A DNA stretch of 64,000 nt from Phoronis australis (Eukaryota; Animalia; Phoronida). The stretch is taken from positions 1,833,275 through 1,897,274 of the forward strand of contig NMRA01000011.1 of assembly GCA_002633005.1 (NCBI GenBank), written 5' to 3'. Positions 48,575 through 60,692 of the stretch are shown here, piece by piece; positions within the stretch are counted from its first letter, which is position 1; each line of letters opens with the position of its first letter. Below the pieces are notes generated by a model. The model was given only the letters and a program-made list of their open reading frames with translations. It did not search any database and was not told the DNA's origin. The position numbers were made by a program, and so were the translations under genes.

Positions 48575-50337
48575 CCACGTGTCAGGGTCTGTCATAGCCA
48601 TAAGGATATTGGCTTTTGTACTGCAACCATGCAGTCTCCAAAACACCACGATTGATGTATACAAGTTTAAACCCCCATGTTCCACAATACATTTTTTCTT
48701 CTGTGTAAGTTGTCACGCTTCATTTCTTCATCAAGTTTTGCAACAACCTTGTCAACCTCTTAGCAACATACTCTTTCTTCAACAACTGAGGTTGTCTGAC
48801 AGTTGCCCCAGGTGCACCTGCAAGATGTGTCAACAATAATACATTATTTCAGTAAACATCAAAATTTCGAATTGAAAATTTTACCAAGAGTGCCTCTACC
48901 AAATTGAGGGGTCTGCAAACGACTTCAGTTTTCAGGAAAATTGGTTGGAACATCACAACCTATTTATTTTTTGTACAAATTGATCAGAAAAAGTAAAGAT
49001 ATTTACTTTTCATACAAATGAATAGTGTTACACCCAAGGCAGTGGTAGATCATGCCCGGGGGATATAGTAATGGACATCAGTTGTTTGATTCTTTAGCTG
49101 ACCCTAAGACAAAAGGTAGTTGCCCTGATTCATTGATGGAGGGGACTGTTTTGTATGTAGTCGTGAGACCTGTTCTCCCAATCTGAATCCTATCGACACT
49201 CACATACCATTAATCAAACTAGACAATGACAATGGGGCAAACCAACTTGAAAAGCAGTGTTGCCACTCAAAGGGTCGCCCATATTCTAAATATTACAGTA
49301 TACACTAAAACTTCTTGATGTGCTATATGGGCAATCACCAATCCAATGGTATGCTCTCTTTACTCTATAGAAACTTTACCAGGCGGTTCCTACCCAAGTC
49401 GACTCGTAACCAAATAATGGCAACATTGGGTCAATGTACATCGACATGAAATGGTTGTTTCCATTTCAAGCATCGCCTTACAAAATAAAACTGCTTTGGA
49501 ACACATGTGTAGATTGATATAGGTCCGAGTTGACTTGAGTATGAAAATGAAATGACTTAAAACCTACAGAATTATGCCCTCCCCCAGCACCAAGATGAGA
49601 AAGTCTAAATTATAAAATTGCAATTCTTTCATCCTCTTCTTTACAATTCACAGTCGATTATTCCAAAGTGGTTCTCATTCATTCCCTTGCACACATTTAT
49701 TCACTCACTAGTAACACCCCGCTCAGTCTCGGAGAAGTAAGAGACAATTTTGTTCAATGCTCAATTGCATGCCAGTGAAAGCCAGGATTCGAACCTGAGT
49801 CTCACTAGCTCAAACCACTGAGCCACACTATCTACAAATAATCAGAGACCTAACACTTTTGAGTGATTTGCTATAATGCAAAAAATCCCAGTTTTATCAC
49901 TGAAACAACTGGTATTTATCCACGGCTGAAACACGATTCACCAATGGGGATATGGGCGCCTGGGACTGACTGGTAAAGCACCTACTTTTGAATTAAAAAA
50001 GACCAAGTTATAATTCGGGGTTGTAGGATACATATTGATAATATGCTTACCAATCACTAACATCTAATCGCAACTCCTGCGCACCTTCAGCCTGTTGACG
50101 TTCACAGGATTTACCCGCTGGGAGTGAGTCTTCGGCGACCAGAGAAAGGGCCGTGAAAGGGATCGAGGGAGAACGGCTCCACTACAGAAAAGCTGTGAAC
50201 ACATATTGTTCCTCTGGGATCTGTCACCTCCACCTCCTCGTCCAAAGGGTCGGAATCATCTGAAAAGTCCACCTGTCCGTCCCTGTATCGTTCAAAGTAT
50301 TCCACATCTACACTGCTGTACTCATTTGGACACACAT
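48575..50337 (-). pseudogene. Kolobok accessory gene, P2X7 C-terminal (ballast/Zn-cysteine)-like; exons ~50337-50051 and 48817-48575
   Basis: Spliced ...LRLDVSDW|CTWGNCQTTSVVEERVCC*EVDKV...CIVEHGGF..INRGVLETAWLQYKSQY matches WCxCGNC..ExxCCxE..CIxxHxGF..NxxVLxTAxxQY. Confidence 0.8.
49690..49830 (+). repeat. L2/CORE-SINE-like 3' fragment in the intron of the Kolobok accessory gene
   Basis: catttattcactc...gccaggattcgaacc...aaccactgagccac pattern. Confidence 0.4.
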
Positions 50338-51174
50338 TGCTTCCTTTGTGTTCCCCAACACCACGTCACAGTTGTGTAACGAACGAAAATGGCGCCGTTT
50401 CTATTCTCCGTTACAACGATGGCGTTACAACACCACGGCACTAAATATGTAAATAACTTTGTATAGCGGCGTACAATTCAGTTAATGTTAAGGATATAGC
50501 AACGATAATTATAAACTAGAATTTAGACCATATTGTTGTTCAGATTGGTTATGACCTTGCAATTTCCTCTTTAAGTGTTCTTTATTCACGTTCAGTGACA
50601 TCAGCTACCGTGTGGCTCAGCCCATAGACATCTCAATACTATAGACCGAGCGCGCGCGCTACTGCCGCTGAAAGTCTCCTGCACTTCCCTCGAGATTGGT
50701 TGGGGTCTGCTACAGCGCACCTTTCCATCTGCATTCTTGGAATATCATTGACTGTTCCGATTTCAAGAAACAAGTCATTCTATAGGTCAGTTGTACATGT
50801 ATAATAGGTCAAACTAGTTCATCAACATGGTGACTTCCAGTGAAGGAATGTCAATGGATTTACAACTGTTTGAATCTCTCTGATTTCATCAAACTCCCGC
50901 ATTTTAAAGTTAACGAGTCAAGGAATACATCACCAGTAACGTATATGAAACACTTAATGACAATTATTTGGTATAACTGTGCTGACTACTGAAGTTTTAT
51001 GAACTTTTTTGAAATATTTTGTGGAAAAAATAGCCAGTACTAGGCCCAGGGCCAGTAGTAAGCCACCCATGTCAACAATCAATTATGTTAGGCTTAGCAC
51101 TGAATAGAAGGAAAGGAGTAGCTGAGTGAGTCGCGGCCACGGGAGTTTGTCTTGATCTGAAAAATCAAGTACAG

Positions 51175-51243
51175 GGTAGTTCAATTTCGAACCCAGTACC
51201 TCTTGCGTCAATACCAGGCGTCTTAACCAGTCGACCAAAGAAC
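51175..51243 (-). repeat. tRNA-derived head
   Basis: Minus strand tggtcgactggttaagacg...ctgggttcgaaat with A- and B-box-like motifs. Confidence 0.45.
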
Positions 51244-51924
51244 AAATGCCCGTAGGCGAGTGATTAAGATACTCCTTTATATAACTACACCCACTGCAGA
51301 TTCACCACAAAGCTCCCGTGAATACTGCGCAGGTTGAACTAGTGGATCAGAAAAGGATAGATGCTGAAATACTGCTATTCATTGCCATAATACACTGGCA
51401 CACTTGTCACTAGTACATGTACTTTTTACAGTAGTTAGGAGCATAAAATACAGTCAATGGTCCTAAACACACGTTTTAACGCCTGCTATTCTGTGAAAAA
51501 CACAGGTTCCTGTTATTCAGTGGAAAACACTTGTTCTCAAACTGCGGGGCCCTGTATGTGACTATTACTATTATGTTTTGCTCAGGGTTTCCAGCAATAT
51601 GTAAGTGTTTCATTCTTGTGGTAATGACCTACATAATAGAGCAGTGATTTTAGTCAACATTTCGGTCTTTTCGAACAGTTTTTCAAAATAACAAATTTGA
51701 CTCTTATTGAGTGGGCCTCCTCGTGACAAGAGTTGGGCAGTGTGAAATGCTTCAGAATATTCGCACTGGCAAACACCCTCACTTTGACTCAAAATTAAAA
51801 ACCATGACATCATTAATGTGTTTCTAGAAATATTACACTCCCAGGCTAAAAAACAAACAACATGACAAGAAAGTTTTCTTACCATTAGGAACTTTATTTT
51901 GCTTAGGTACTGAAATGTGGTTTA

Positions 51925-52240
51925 GTTTGGGGATAGGCTTGAGTATAAGAAATGAGCAGTAACATAGCCGTGGGGCGAACAACAGGGCTACATGTACCCC
52001 CTCTTCGTTGTTGACCCTTCCAATGATAGAATCTCATTTCAGTTTTGTACTTGCCTAGCTCCCCTCTCCCTGTCCCCTGTTCATGCAGTGCCACCAGGTT
52101 GCCTCTCATTTCAGGCACAATCATTGGTCGCCAATAATTTCACATGTGGCAACCAGTGGTGTTTAGGGAATAGGTTATTGAGACCCTACTGCCATTCAAG
52201 TTGCACATTCACTGCCTTGTCAAAGCATAGATCATTATGA
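51925..52240 (-). pseudogene. Possible KDZ/HMGXB3-like transposase relic
   Basis: WKGQQRRGGTCSPVV plus frameshifted PHGYVTAHFL..SLSP resembles GG...CPHG....KFL...SP. Confidence 0.3.
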
Positions 52241-52822
52241 AAGTAACACCTGGTACCTCTGTTTCATCTTTTTACTCAAGATTATTTTTGTCATTTTCTA
52301 TTCTACATTTGTTTGAACTCATGATAAATATCTTTTATTCTATATTTGAGTTCTTAATGATGGCACTTAATGATCCCATCGTTAGAGCTAAAAGTCCGAG
52401 TCTGCATGAGTTCGAGTTTTACTAGAAATTTTGAGTTTTTACTCAAATCTTAGCTCGAATCTAGTGATCATCTTGAATTTGCAAGAAATTCGACTGGAGG
52501 TGACAAAAACAATTTCGAGTTCAATTTGGATTGAATGCTTCACTCTAGAGGTGTATTCCCAAAACATGATCCATTATCAGGGTTTTAAATAATACGAAAG
52601 CCTGGACTAGAATCTATTTAGCCCCAAAAGCGTTTAATTACAATATAGAGGATAAGAAAACATCTCTACAAAACTGTGTTGAAAAAATGAACCTCTTTTA
52701 AGTTTCTTATCAACACAGTGAACCATTTTTCAAACTCCCTCTCTTTAGAACCGTCATGTAACAATATAAGATTAGTCTCGTACTAACAATGTTGTTTTTG
52801 GCCAAAATGTAAGCAAAAGTCT

Positions 52823-52918
52823 AATTACAAGCACTCACATAAAGATTGACATATCCGGCAGCCATTGGATTTCGATGCTAGTGTCCGGTGTCAATCTTCA
52901 TGTGTGTGCTCGTGATTA
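52823..52918. repeat. Imperfect hairpin (mini-MITE)
   Basis: taattacaagcactcacataaagattgaca vs tgtcaatcttcatgtgtgtgctcgtgatta. Confidence 0.6.
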
Positions 52919-55290
52919 TACTCTTGATCTCGTACTGTTCCTTGCTGAGATTATGTTGGCTTCGGTTGTTATTGCTTAAGACCTGGTGCAATAACCTGGC
53001 TTGATCAGGCAAGTCAAAGGGCACCAAACATGGCTTCGAGTCATGCAAAAACATTTATTTCAGTTAAATTTTGCAAAACAAAAAATATTTCTATCACACA
53101 AGCCTATTTGTTAAACAATATATCACCTGGAAAATTTTCCACTTTTTGTCATTAGTCATTCCAATCCCTGTATATAGTGAAGTTGTTCAGATCAAAATTT
53201 ATTCTTTTTCACAGAAAACGGATTCACAGCAGCTTTAAGGAATTTAATTCGAAGGGAATCTGGAAGCCAGACATCCTCTGAGAAGCACATTCTGAAATCA
53301 ACAATTGTTTTTGTACTTTCCAAGATTTTCAACCCACATTGTTAGGGATAGGGTTCATTTCACCCTCCTTGGGTTTTCAGAGTACCCTCCAAAAACCATT
53401 CCAAGGGGGTACTCCCACAGGTTTATGTAGGACTTGACACTCAGCTGGGTGATTTTTCTCATACAATTTCTCTTCAAAATGGTGCTTGAAAAAATCCCAA
53501 CCAAAGCAAACTTTTTCCCATGAATACAACAGGTTTCACTTTGGGAGCTAAAAATACTGCAAATGGTACCTTTTTCCTACTGCAGAAGTGGTTTTATATA
53601 TCTGTATTTTTGAAATTCTGGTAACCAGACACTCATTTTTGACAACAGGAATCAGAGCCGACTTTTTCAAGCTTAATGGGTGAAAAAGACAGCTGTCCAA
53701 GAATTACTAGAGAGGATTAAGATGGTAACAACAACCCCTAAAAAGATTGTGCATTTGGAACATTAGGCGATATTTTCATTGAACTCCAAACTTCCGACCA
53801 CAAACCTTTGTTAGTTCGAATCCCAACCAATGTTTTTTAGTCATTGTCTAAATGGGTGGAGATTCTTCTAGTACTAGATTATACATAAAACTAAACTTAG
53901 GGCCCATTTGGGACACCTTTCAGGTATTTTCGTAGCTACAAGTTTACCCTCGTAACATCTAGAGGGCCTCGGATATTTTTTATTCTTCGAAACACTTCGG
54001 ATATTTTCGTAGCCTCAAATATCCTATCGGAGATGAACGTTATCCAATATATGGCAAGTCACGTGATTTTCAATCTTGAGAATAGTGGGCTAAGTGAAGG
54101 CCGCACACGCGCAGATAGCGTTCACCTATTGAGTTTACGAAAACACCCGAGGTTTTCTGGATGCCCTTGGAAGTAAATGTTTTCAGTGCATGCTCAAACT
54201 TTAGTCATTATGGTCAATCATTCTCCATTAAGTTTGAAAGTCACGCAGGTTAAATTCACCTCCAAGGAGAAATTTGAGGCTCCGAATAGACCCAAGGTTA
54301 TCTGAATGGCTTAGGACCCTCAAGTTGTGCGGGGGCCCACCTCAAAGAGGGAAAATGGGAAGAAAAAATTATGGCCATGAGAGGAGGGTGTAGCACGAGA
54401 TTTATGGCTACCTGGAAGGTTGAAAATTGTGGTGTTCTAGGGAGTGAATGCTGTGTAGGCTGCTGGGTGGTGGACATTGGGCGACAGCGGTGTGTACTGT
54501 AACACTGTACAGGGACGGATGGGGGGCAGGGTGGCCATGGCCCGCCTAAAATTCTCCCAGATTCCATTTGGAAGTTGGGCGTGTGAATGTCTGACGGGTT
54601 TATTTTCATAATAAGGAATCGATAATTACATGAATTTCAGCTCAGTTTGTTGATCACAATATTAACAACTAGCTCACCAGAGAGTTCAGCGACCTCGGTT
54701 TACCAGATGTAAGCATGCGCACGCCAGCTTCCTGGTTAAATTGCCAGCTGAACGCCAATGAAAACCATCGTTCTAGTGCGCTGTACCTGGGTCTTCACAA
54801 GCTATCCGTGACTTCAGCGTGTGAGGCCCGGGAACCAGGTTACTGCACCTGAAAACTTGACGCCATGTCGGAGAGTGTTTCTAGATACGTGACACGGTTA
54901 ATTGCCGTGTAAACAAACGGGGCAAATCGCCCTTTTAAAAGCGCGATATCTAACACAGAGGCAGAAAAGTGTGATTTTTTCAGAAACATAAAAACATGCG
55001 ATGCAGCACTTACACGCGTTTTTAAGAGTCAATCAGTTGATAGGGAAAATATCAAACTAACAAAATATCGCAACCTGTGGCAGATTCTCGACTGGCTTGT
55101 GCGGCTGCACGCTTGTCAATCCACTACGAGCGATTTATTTTTTCGTTTTTTTTCAAGAGAAACCAGTAAGATCGCTCAAATTTAGCGGAGTTGCAACGCC
55201 GCCATATTGGAAATGGGTCAGAATGTTGCATTGTGGTTAAGCCGGTAAACAAGTACGTCGGCAAGCGTGGCGGGAGCGAACCGGCCACAG

Positions 55291-55535
55291 GGAGGTTATA
55301 CGTGTTGTGTGCCTGGCATGCTATAATACCAGTTAGCGAGATAAAAAATTTAGTTACTACCTGTTTCCCAAGGATCAAGAACTGCGTTTAACATGGGTCA
55401 GAGACATCGGTAGAGCTGGTAGCAAAGGCTGACTTCGTGAATTTTTTCCGACTTCGTAGCATAACGTATGCAGCGCTCATTTTGAGGGCAGCAAGATAAC
55501 GTATCTTGGAAACTGCCCAACAATATCTCCCTTCA
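55291..55535 (+). pseudogene. THAP domain relic (TE-derived)
   Basis: GGYTCCVPG / YNTS*RDKKFSYYLFPKDQELRLTWVRDIGR...HNVCSAHFEGSKITYLGNCPTI. Confidence 0.8.
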
Positions 55536-56599
55536 ATGAAACAGTAACAAATACTCCACGGCGGTTGAAAAAAAATATTACTTTTCGCTTGACCAGAACA
55601 AAGCCAACATGAGCAATTTTGAGGATAATGCCTCTGCATAATCACCTGTTCTGGGTCAACTCACTTAACGTACGCACACTATATGCATTGACGCGCAAAG
55701 ATAAAGAGTGCAGAATATTATTATTTACTTTCTACAAAATTGTGGTGCATTGCTATCAAAATTCGTTGTTAAATTACGATCATTTTTCATAAAATTGTGT
55801 TGAAGTCCCAGGGGGAAATCTTGCCGACAAATGCGTGGCTGCCGGTCTCGCAATCGTCGATAGGACTTGAATTCTTGAATAAGAATACAGCTTCGACTCA
55901 TCAAATTACCTGAAATGCTCCTCAAGTTTTCCGAATAGCGACTCTAAGATTTTTAAGTTCTTGTGGAGTCTGGATTAACTGCAGATTAAGTCCAAATCTG
56001 CGCTAGATTGTAGCCCGCAATACGAGAAAAATCTCTGGAGGAACACACATGTTGTTGTCACGTGACGTTTGTTTGGAAGTTTGTAAGCGTGCGTGTGCTT
56101 GTCATAAGAGTTCATTTGCCAGAGTAAATGCGATGTAATGATCTAGGTGTGCATTGTATCCAAAGAAATTAACTCAAGCAGTCAAGCAGAGCGTGTTTTA
56201 AAATTTAGCTTAGCACTTGCTGGCCTCAACTGCTAAAAAACTTTCGAGAATTTTTTCGGTAAGACCGATATGTCACTCATTGAGTCGCCGGGTGAGTGGA
56301 TGCGTGACCGTAGTGTAACAGCTATTTTCCGGAAGATTTGGGGTGTAATGGTGCGAATGTGTTCACTATCAGTGGATCATCTTGACATTAAACATCAATT
56401 ATAATTAGTTAAATAATTTCTCTTAAAAATAATGCAAAAGTTTTTTACGGTATTAGAAACTTTCGGAAATTAGTGCCAATATTTATTTGCTGATGCTATG
56501 TTACCCGTTTCATGAATAGATAGTTCCCGACTAATGACAGCCGGTACATTATGCAGCGCGCGCTTCTTGGCCGCGTGCTAACACTGGTCGATTTTTTTA

Positions 56600-57010
56600 T
56601 TAGTCTTCGATTCACGGTTTTCAAATGTACAAAGAAGTTTGGATTCCTGTTGAGGCCGGAGAAGATCTGTACCGAGAAGAAACAATGCAATCCCGCTGAC
56701 AAGTACGCTGCGTCTGTTTTCAAAGTCCAGACCCGCGTTGTGGGGCACATCCCTCGCAAGAGCAGCAAAGCTTCTGCGTTCTTTTTGAATCGCGGAGTAA
56801 GTTTGAAGTGTATACGGACATAACGGTGAGGCTCGTGGTCTACAAATTCAGGACTGTCGGATCTTTCAATTGATAAATTGGAGACGTTAGAACTGTAGGT
56901 AAGGGCATTTTTCGCATGTAGTTCATGGGCTGGGCGCTTACTTTAGCTAAGTCTGAAACCGCATTGGGGTACTTGTTGGGGCATGGGCGCTTATTAGGGC
57001 GAATAGCGGC
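56600..57010 (+). mobile_element. Tc1/mariner-pogo-type element end carrying a HIRAN-like gene relic
   Basis: SSIHGFQMYKEVWIPVEAGEDL / NPADKYAASVFK..VVGHIPRKSS..FL.RG; terminus ggggcatgggcgcttattagggcgaata.cgg. Confidence 0.65.
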
Positions 57011-57271
57011 AGAATTACATACAGCAGCGTAGGTTAATCCTCACAAATCACACGTCGTGCAAACCAATCGGCCATTCCATATACCCTTATCAATCCCAAT
57101 AGCCTTTGCGCACCCTAATTTCCAGACATGCGCAATCGTTAAATCGATTCGGTTGCAACTCCGCTATTCGTGTCGATCGATGCAAATACAGTATATACTG
57201 GAGTATACAGGGACGTTCCGCTCACTCGGGTGGTTTGTAGTTTCGCAGTGCCCCAATACGCCTTTTCAGAA

Positions 57272-58606
57272 TTGAAAAATGACCCCGGGTAACTTTTTGA
57301 TATTAAAGTATGACCCGGCGGTCTAAATTTACTGTGAACTACTGTGAAAAATGACCTCATTAGGTCAAACTGACAGGTTTTTAAGGTTCATTAGGGTGTT
57401 ATCCCGTTTAAGGGGTTGTGAGCGTGTGATAACATCTAGCTCCTTTGTTAATTGCCGAGTTGAGTATTTTGTCTGGTATGACAACATGCAGGTCAATTAT
57501 CCACCAGCTTATTACCGATCACATGTGAACACAGTTATACCCAGTGTCGGCGTTGACGTTCGGACAGAATAGATTGTTTTAACTTCGGTTGTAGTTGGGC
57601 GATTTTAGAGATTCAAAAACTATAAGCATGATCAGTATTTGATGAGGAATTCTCAAATATTTGTTTCATGTTCAAACATTTTATAACTTAACTTATTTTT
57701 AACAGCCCAGCCCAGTCAGGCTAGATACGATCTTATCGAGCAAAAGAGAGGTGACCCTCCAATCGTACATGTATATGCCAGAATGGACTTAATCAGTCGT
57801 CGGTGTAAGATATTGGCCACAGCGGTCATCCGTTCACATCTTTTTGCTGTGCTATACAACTGAACTAGTTGGACTCAACGGAAGAACGCCGTAATGTAAA
57901 AGCAAATAACACAGACTTCCCTTCCTGAGCATCGCTCGGGATTGCCAACGGACAAATACTCTTCTCTCACGCACGGTATTCCTCTCTCACGGATCTGAAG
58001 TCCCCCCGATCAAGAACCAAGCACTTTTCGGCGTGTTGTAGTACATGTACATGTATACCCACACTGTGTAATTTTTTGCTTGCAAAGAGATCAGCCTCAC
58101 TCCCACACATTATTTCGACACTGTTCATTTCCCTCGGCGGCCTTAATCTGCCGGTCCCTCAGCCGAGAGATTTAAAATCATATCCTGGCATAAGTAGTGC
58201 AAAAATGGCCAGATGCCGATTTGCGCAACTGAACGAAGGACTGTTCGAGAAAAAGTGATCGTTTTCGCTTCAGCCCACACATCATATTCCTGGTCTGCAC
58301 GACGTTCAGTACTTCCTCTAACTAATTGGGGCATATATTGAAAAAGCAAGGCTTGTAGATTTCCCTTGCCGCGCGTCACTCAACACCCTCAGACATGAAC
58401 ATCCGCGTATCGAACAATGTTGAAATATCGCCTATCGATTGCGGGTGTCGTGTCAACTTATCCCAACATCCTGTTGCGTGAGATCTGTGAGTAATGACAG
58501 GACAGGTCTTCACGGTCGTGAGGTCATTTTTTCAAGGATTGTAAATTCTTCGCATTGAATTTAGACCCTGTGAAAAAACTAACCGGGGTCATTAATGTTA
58601 CACCGG
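57272..58606. mobile_element. EnSpm/CMC-like non-autonomous element
   Basis: aaaaatgacccc/ggtctaaatt subterminal repeats are inverted between 57272-57358 and 58521-58606; right end ...gttacaccgg. Confidence 0.5.
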
Positions 58607-60692
58607 CTCGATTGGGTACATTTCCATTCGGTTTCGAGTTGGAAATTCTGTGCTTTGGATATAGATCGGGTGCGCAATTCAGTCGTACAGGTTTGATATT
58701 TTGGTAACTGTGCACTTCACTTTTTTGAGCAAATTTAGAGTCACAAAACAAAGAGCTCGTAAGCAAGCAGTGCAAATACAGAATTTCAAACGTTTTCTTC
58801 GACATAAGTGCTTATTTTGGATTTGCTAGTTATGATACAGCATAAAATACCCGATTTTGGAGTACATGTTATGAAATGAGTTCCTAAAGCAGTAAATATT
58901 TCAATAGAGAATACATTATTCATTCACATGCAATGATTTGGATGGCTGGTGGGTAAGTTCGGGCATGCCAACGTTGTTTTTCAGTCAGACAAGTAAAAAC
59001 ACACATATGATTGTTATTAATGCCAAGTATTTACTTGAGTACATTTAACAAACAATGTCATCATTGGATAACAGCATATGCTGGTCAATAATTATTTTTT
59101 AATTGATCTTATATGGTCTCAACCACCAATGCTGATGTGGAAACAACGCATGGTCTATCAACTTAAACTATGGTGGCAGAAACCAAAAAACAACCTAGTG
59201 GCAGCACCACTAAACTCCATGTCCGAACCAAAGAACCCATGACTCAATTGCAGGACCAAGAATTTCAACTCTTTGGCTGCAGGCATAACACTGCAAGCCC
59301 CGGATTTCTTGGGCTCTCAGTGTTTTCCGACATTTTTTTCCTGTGTAACACTTTCCAATATGGTGTCATATTGACAACGCGAGCTCCATGTATCTGAGTG
59401 GCGCGCGCCCGGTCTATTTGATGTCCATGAGCTGGGTAGAGTTCAGTAACGATATGACCTTCTTCAGGACCTCGCTAACATTTAGCCAAAGGCACTTGGT
59501 CTGATTTAAAATAAACAGCAATCTCACGTAATCTAGCGAAGTCTTGCTTTTTAGCGATGTCTTAGCGTTAAGTACTGATCCCTGAGGCCTTACCACAGTT
59601 CGTCGGATAGTGAATTTCCGGCAATATTGGCGCGGCAATTTCGAAATTGAGCTTTATTGCAGTTCACAGCCAAACATCCCGGCCCTATACTTCAAAACAT
59701 ACACAAAGGGAACGAAAAGAAAAAAATGTACGCTCCCGAGCGCTAGTGGGGTACGTACTCCAGCAGTGTCACGATCTTGCGCAGACGTGAACAAACTCAG
59801 ACGTTCCCATAGAATTCAACTTGACGCCGGGCCGGGAAACCGTGAAACTTTGTGGATAAGTCCACAGTTGATGAGAATCCTGTCGACTGTTTTTATTTCA
59901 TTTGTCATACTTGGTCACCAAGGATGCGAATGATTTACAGTTAAACTTTCTCCACAGGAACCAAGGGAAGGTAAATTGTGAAACGGTTTGAAATTTGGAC
60001 CATACTTTAGGCAACGGAAGCTAAGATTGGGCAGGTGATTTTCTAAAAATTAGTAATAAAAATGTTCATTCAGCTTTTTAGGAAGTGAAATTATGAAAGG
60101 GGTCGCGTTTGCGGAAGTGGAAGACAAACGATTTTCTTTGAATTTGTGGCGTGGTTTTGAAAGTGAGTAACACTTTCTGGAGTCGAAAAGTAAATTTGGA
60201 AATGCCAGAGAAATTTTTACGAATGGTTGAGACTAATTTGAATTAAAAGGCGTATCCTCTTGCGATTTCGCAGAATCGTCCTATTATACGAGTTGGGCAT
60301 CACGAAGACTGTGAACCGTGATTCCGGTTTGTCTTTACATTATGTATTTTGCTTTCATTTTCATTTTAATTAATGACAGTCTACTTTAAGTGAACAGACC
60401 TTCGAAAAAATCAGAGATTCTGTATGCGTTACAGTATCAATAATGAATGAAGCGGTTATGCAACTTGCTTATCTCAAAGGATTAGCGTGGCTCGTGACAG
60501 TGTGCTTATACCTGTCAATCACGGTTAGGTTATCAAGTGAATATGGAGTGCCTCAGAAAAAAAGCTTAAAACAAGAACTTGTGACAAATCAAACAAAATG
60601 GTTGTTCAGTCATCATTTTAATCAAAGATAAAAGCAAATACACTGAAAAAAACAAATATGTAAAGTTGGCGAAGGCTAACTTTAGACCTTAA

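Larger units (their letters stand above)
46957..50570 (+). mobile_element. Kolobok transposon (internally deleted, spans the gap)
   Basis: TTAA TSD at 46953-46956 and 50571-50574; TIR agtgtaatttgcaaggtc / gaccttgcaatttcctct; convergent THAP and P2X7-like genes. Confidence 0.85.

Noticed and set aside
47731-48685. Long ORFs of 233-288 aa in the ORF track
   Set aside because: They consist of X residues across the N gap.
46957-50570. KolobokP-type long terminal direct repeats
   Set aside because: Only inverted terminal similarity was seen; no direct repeat between the two ends.
57950-58450. Possible LINE RT fragment
   Set aside because: Only vague resemblance; no diagnostic motif could be read.
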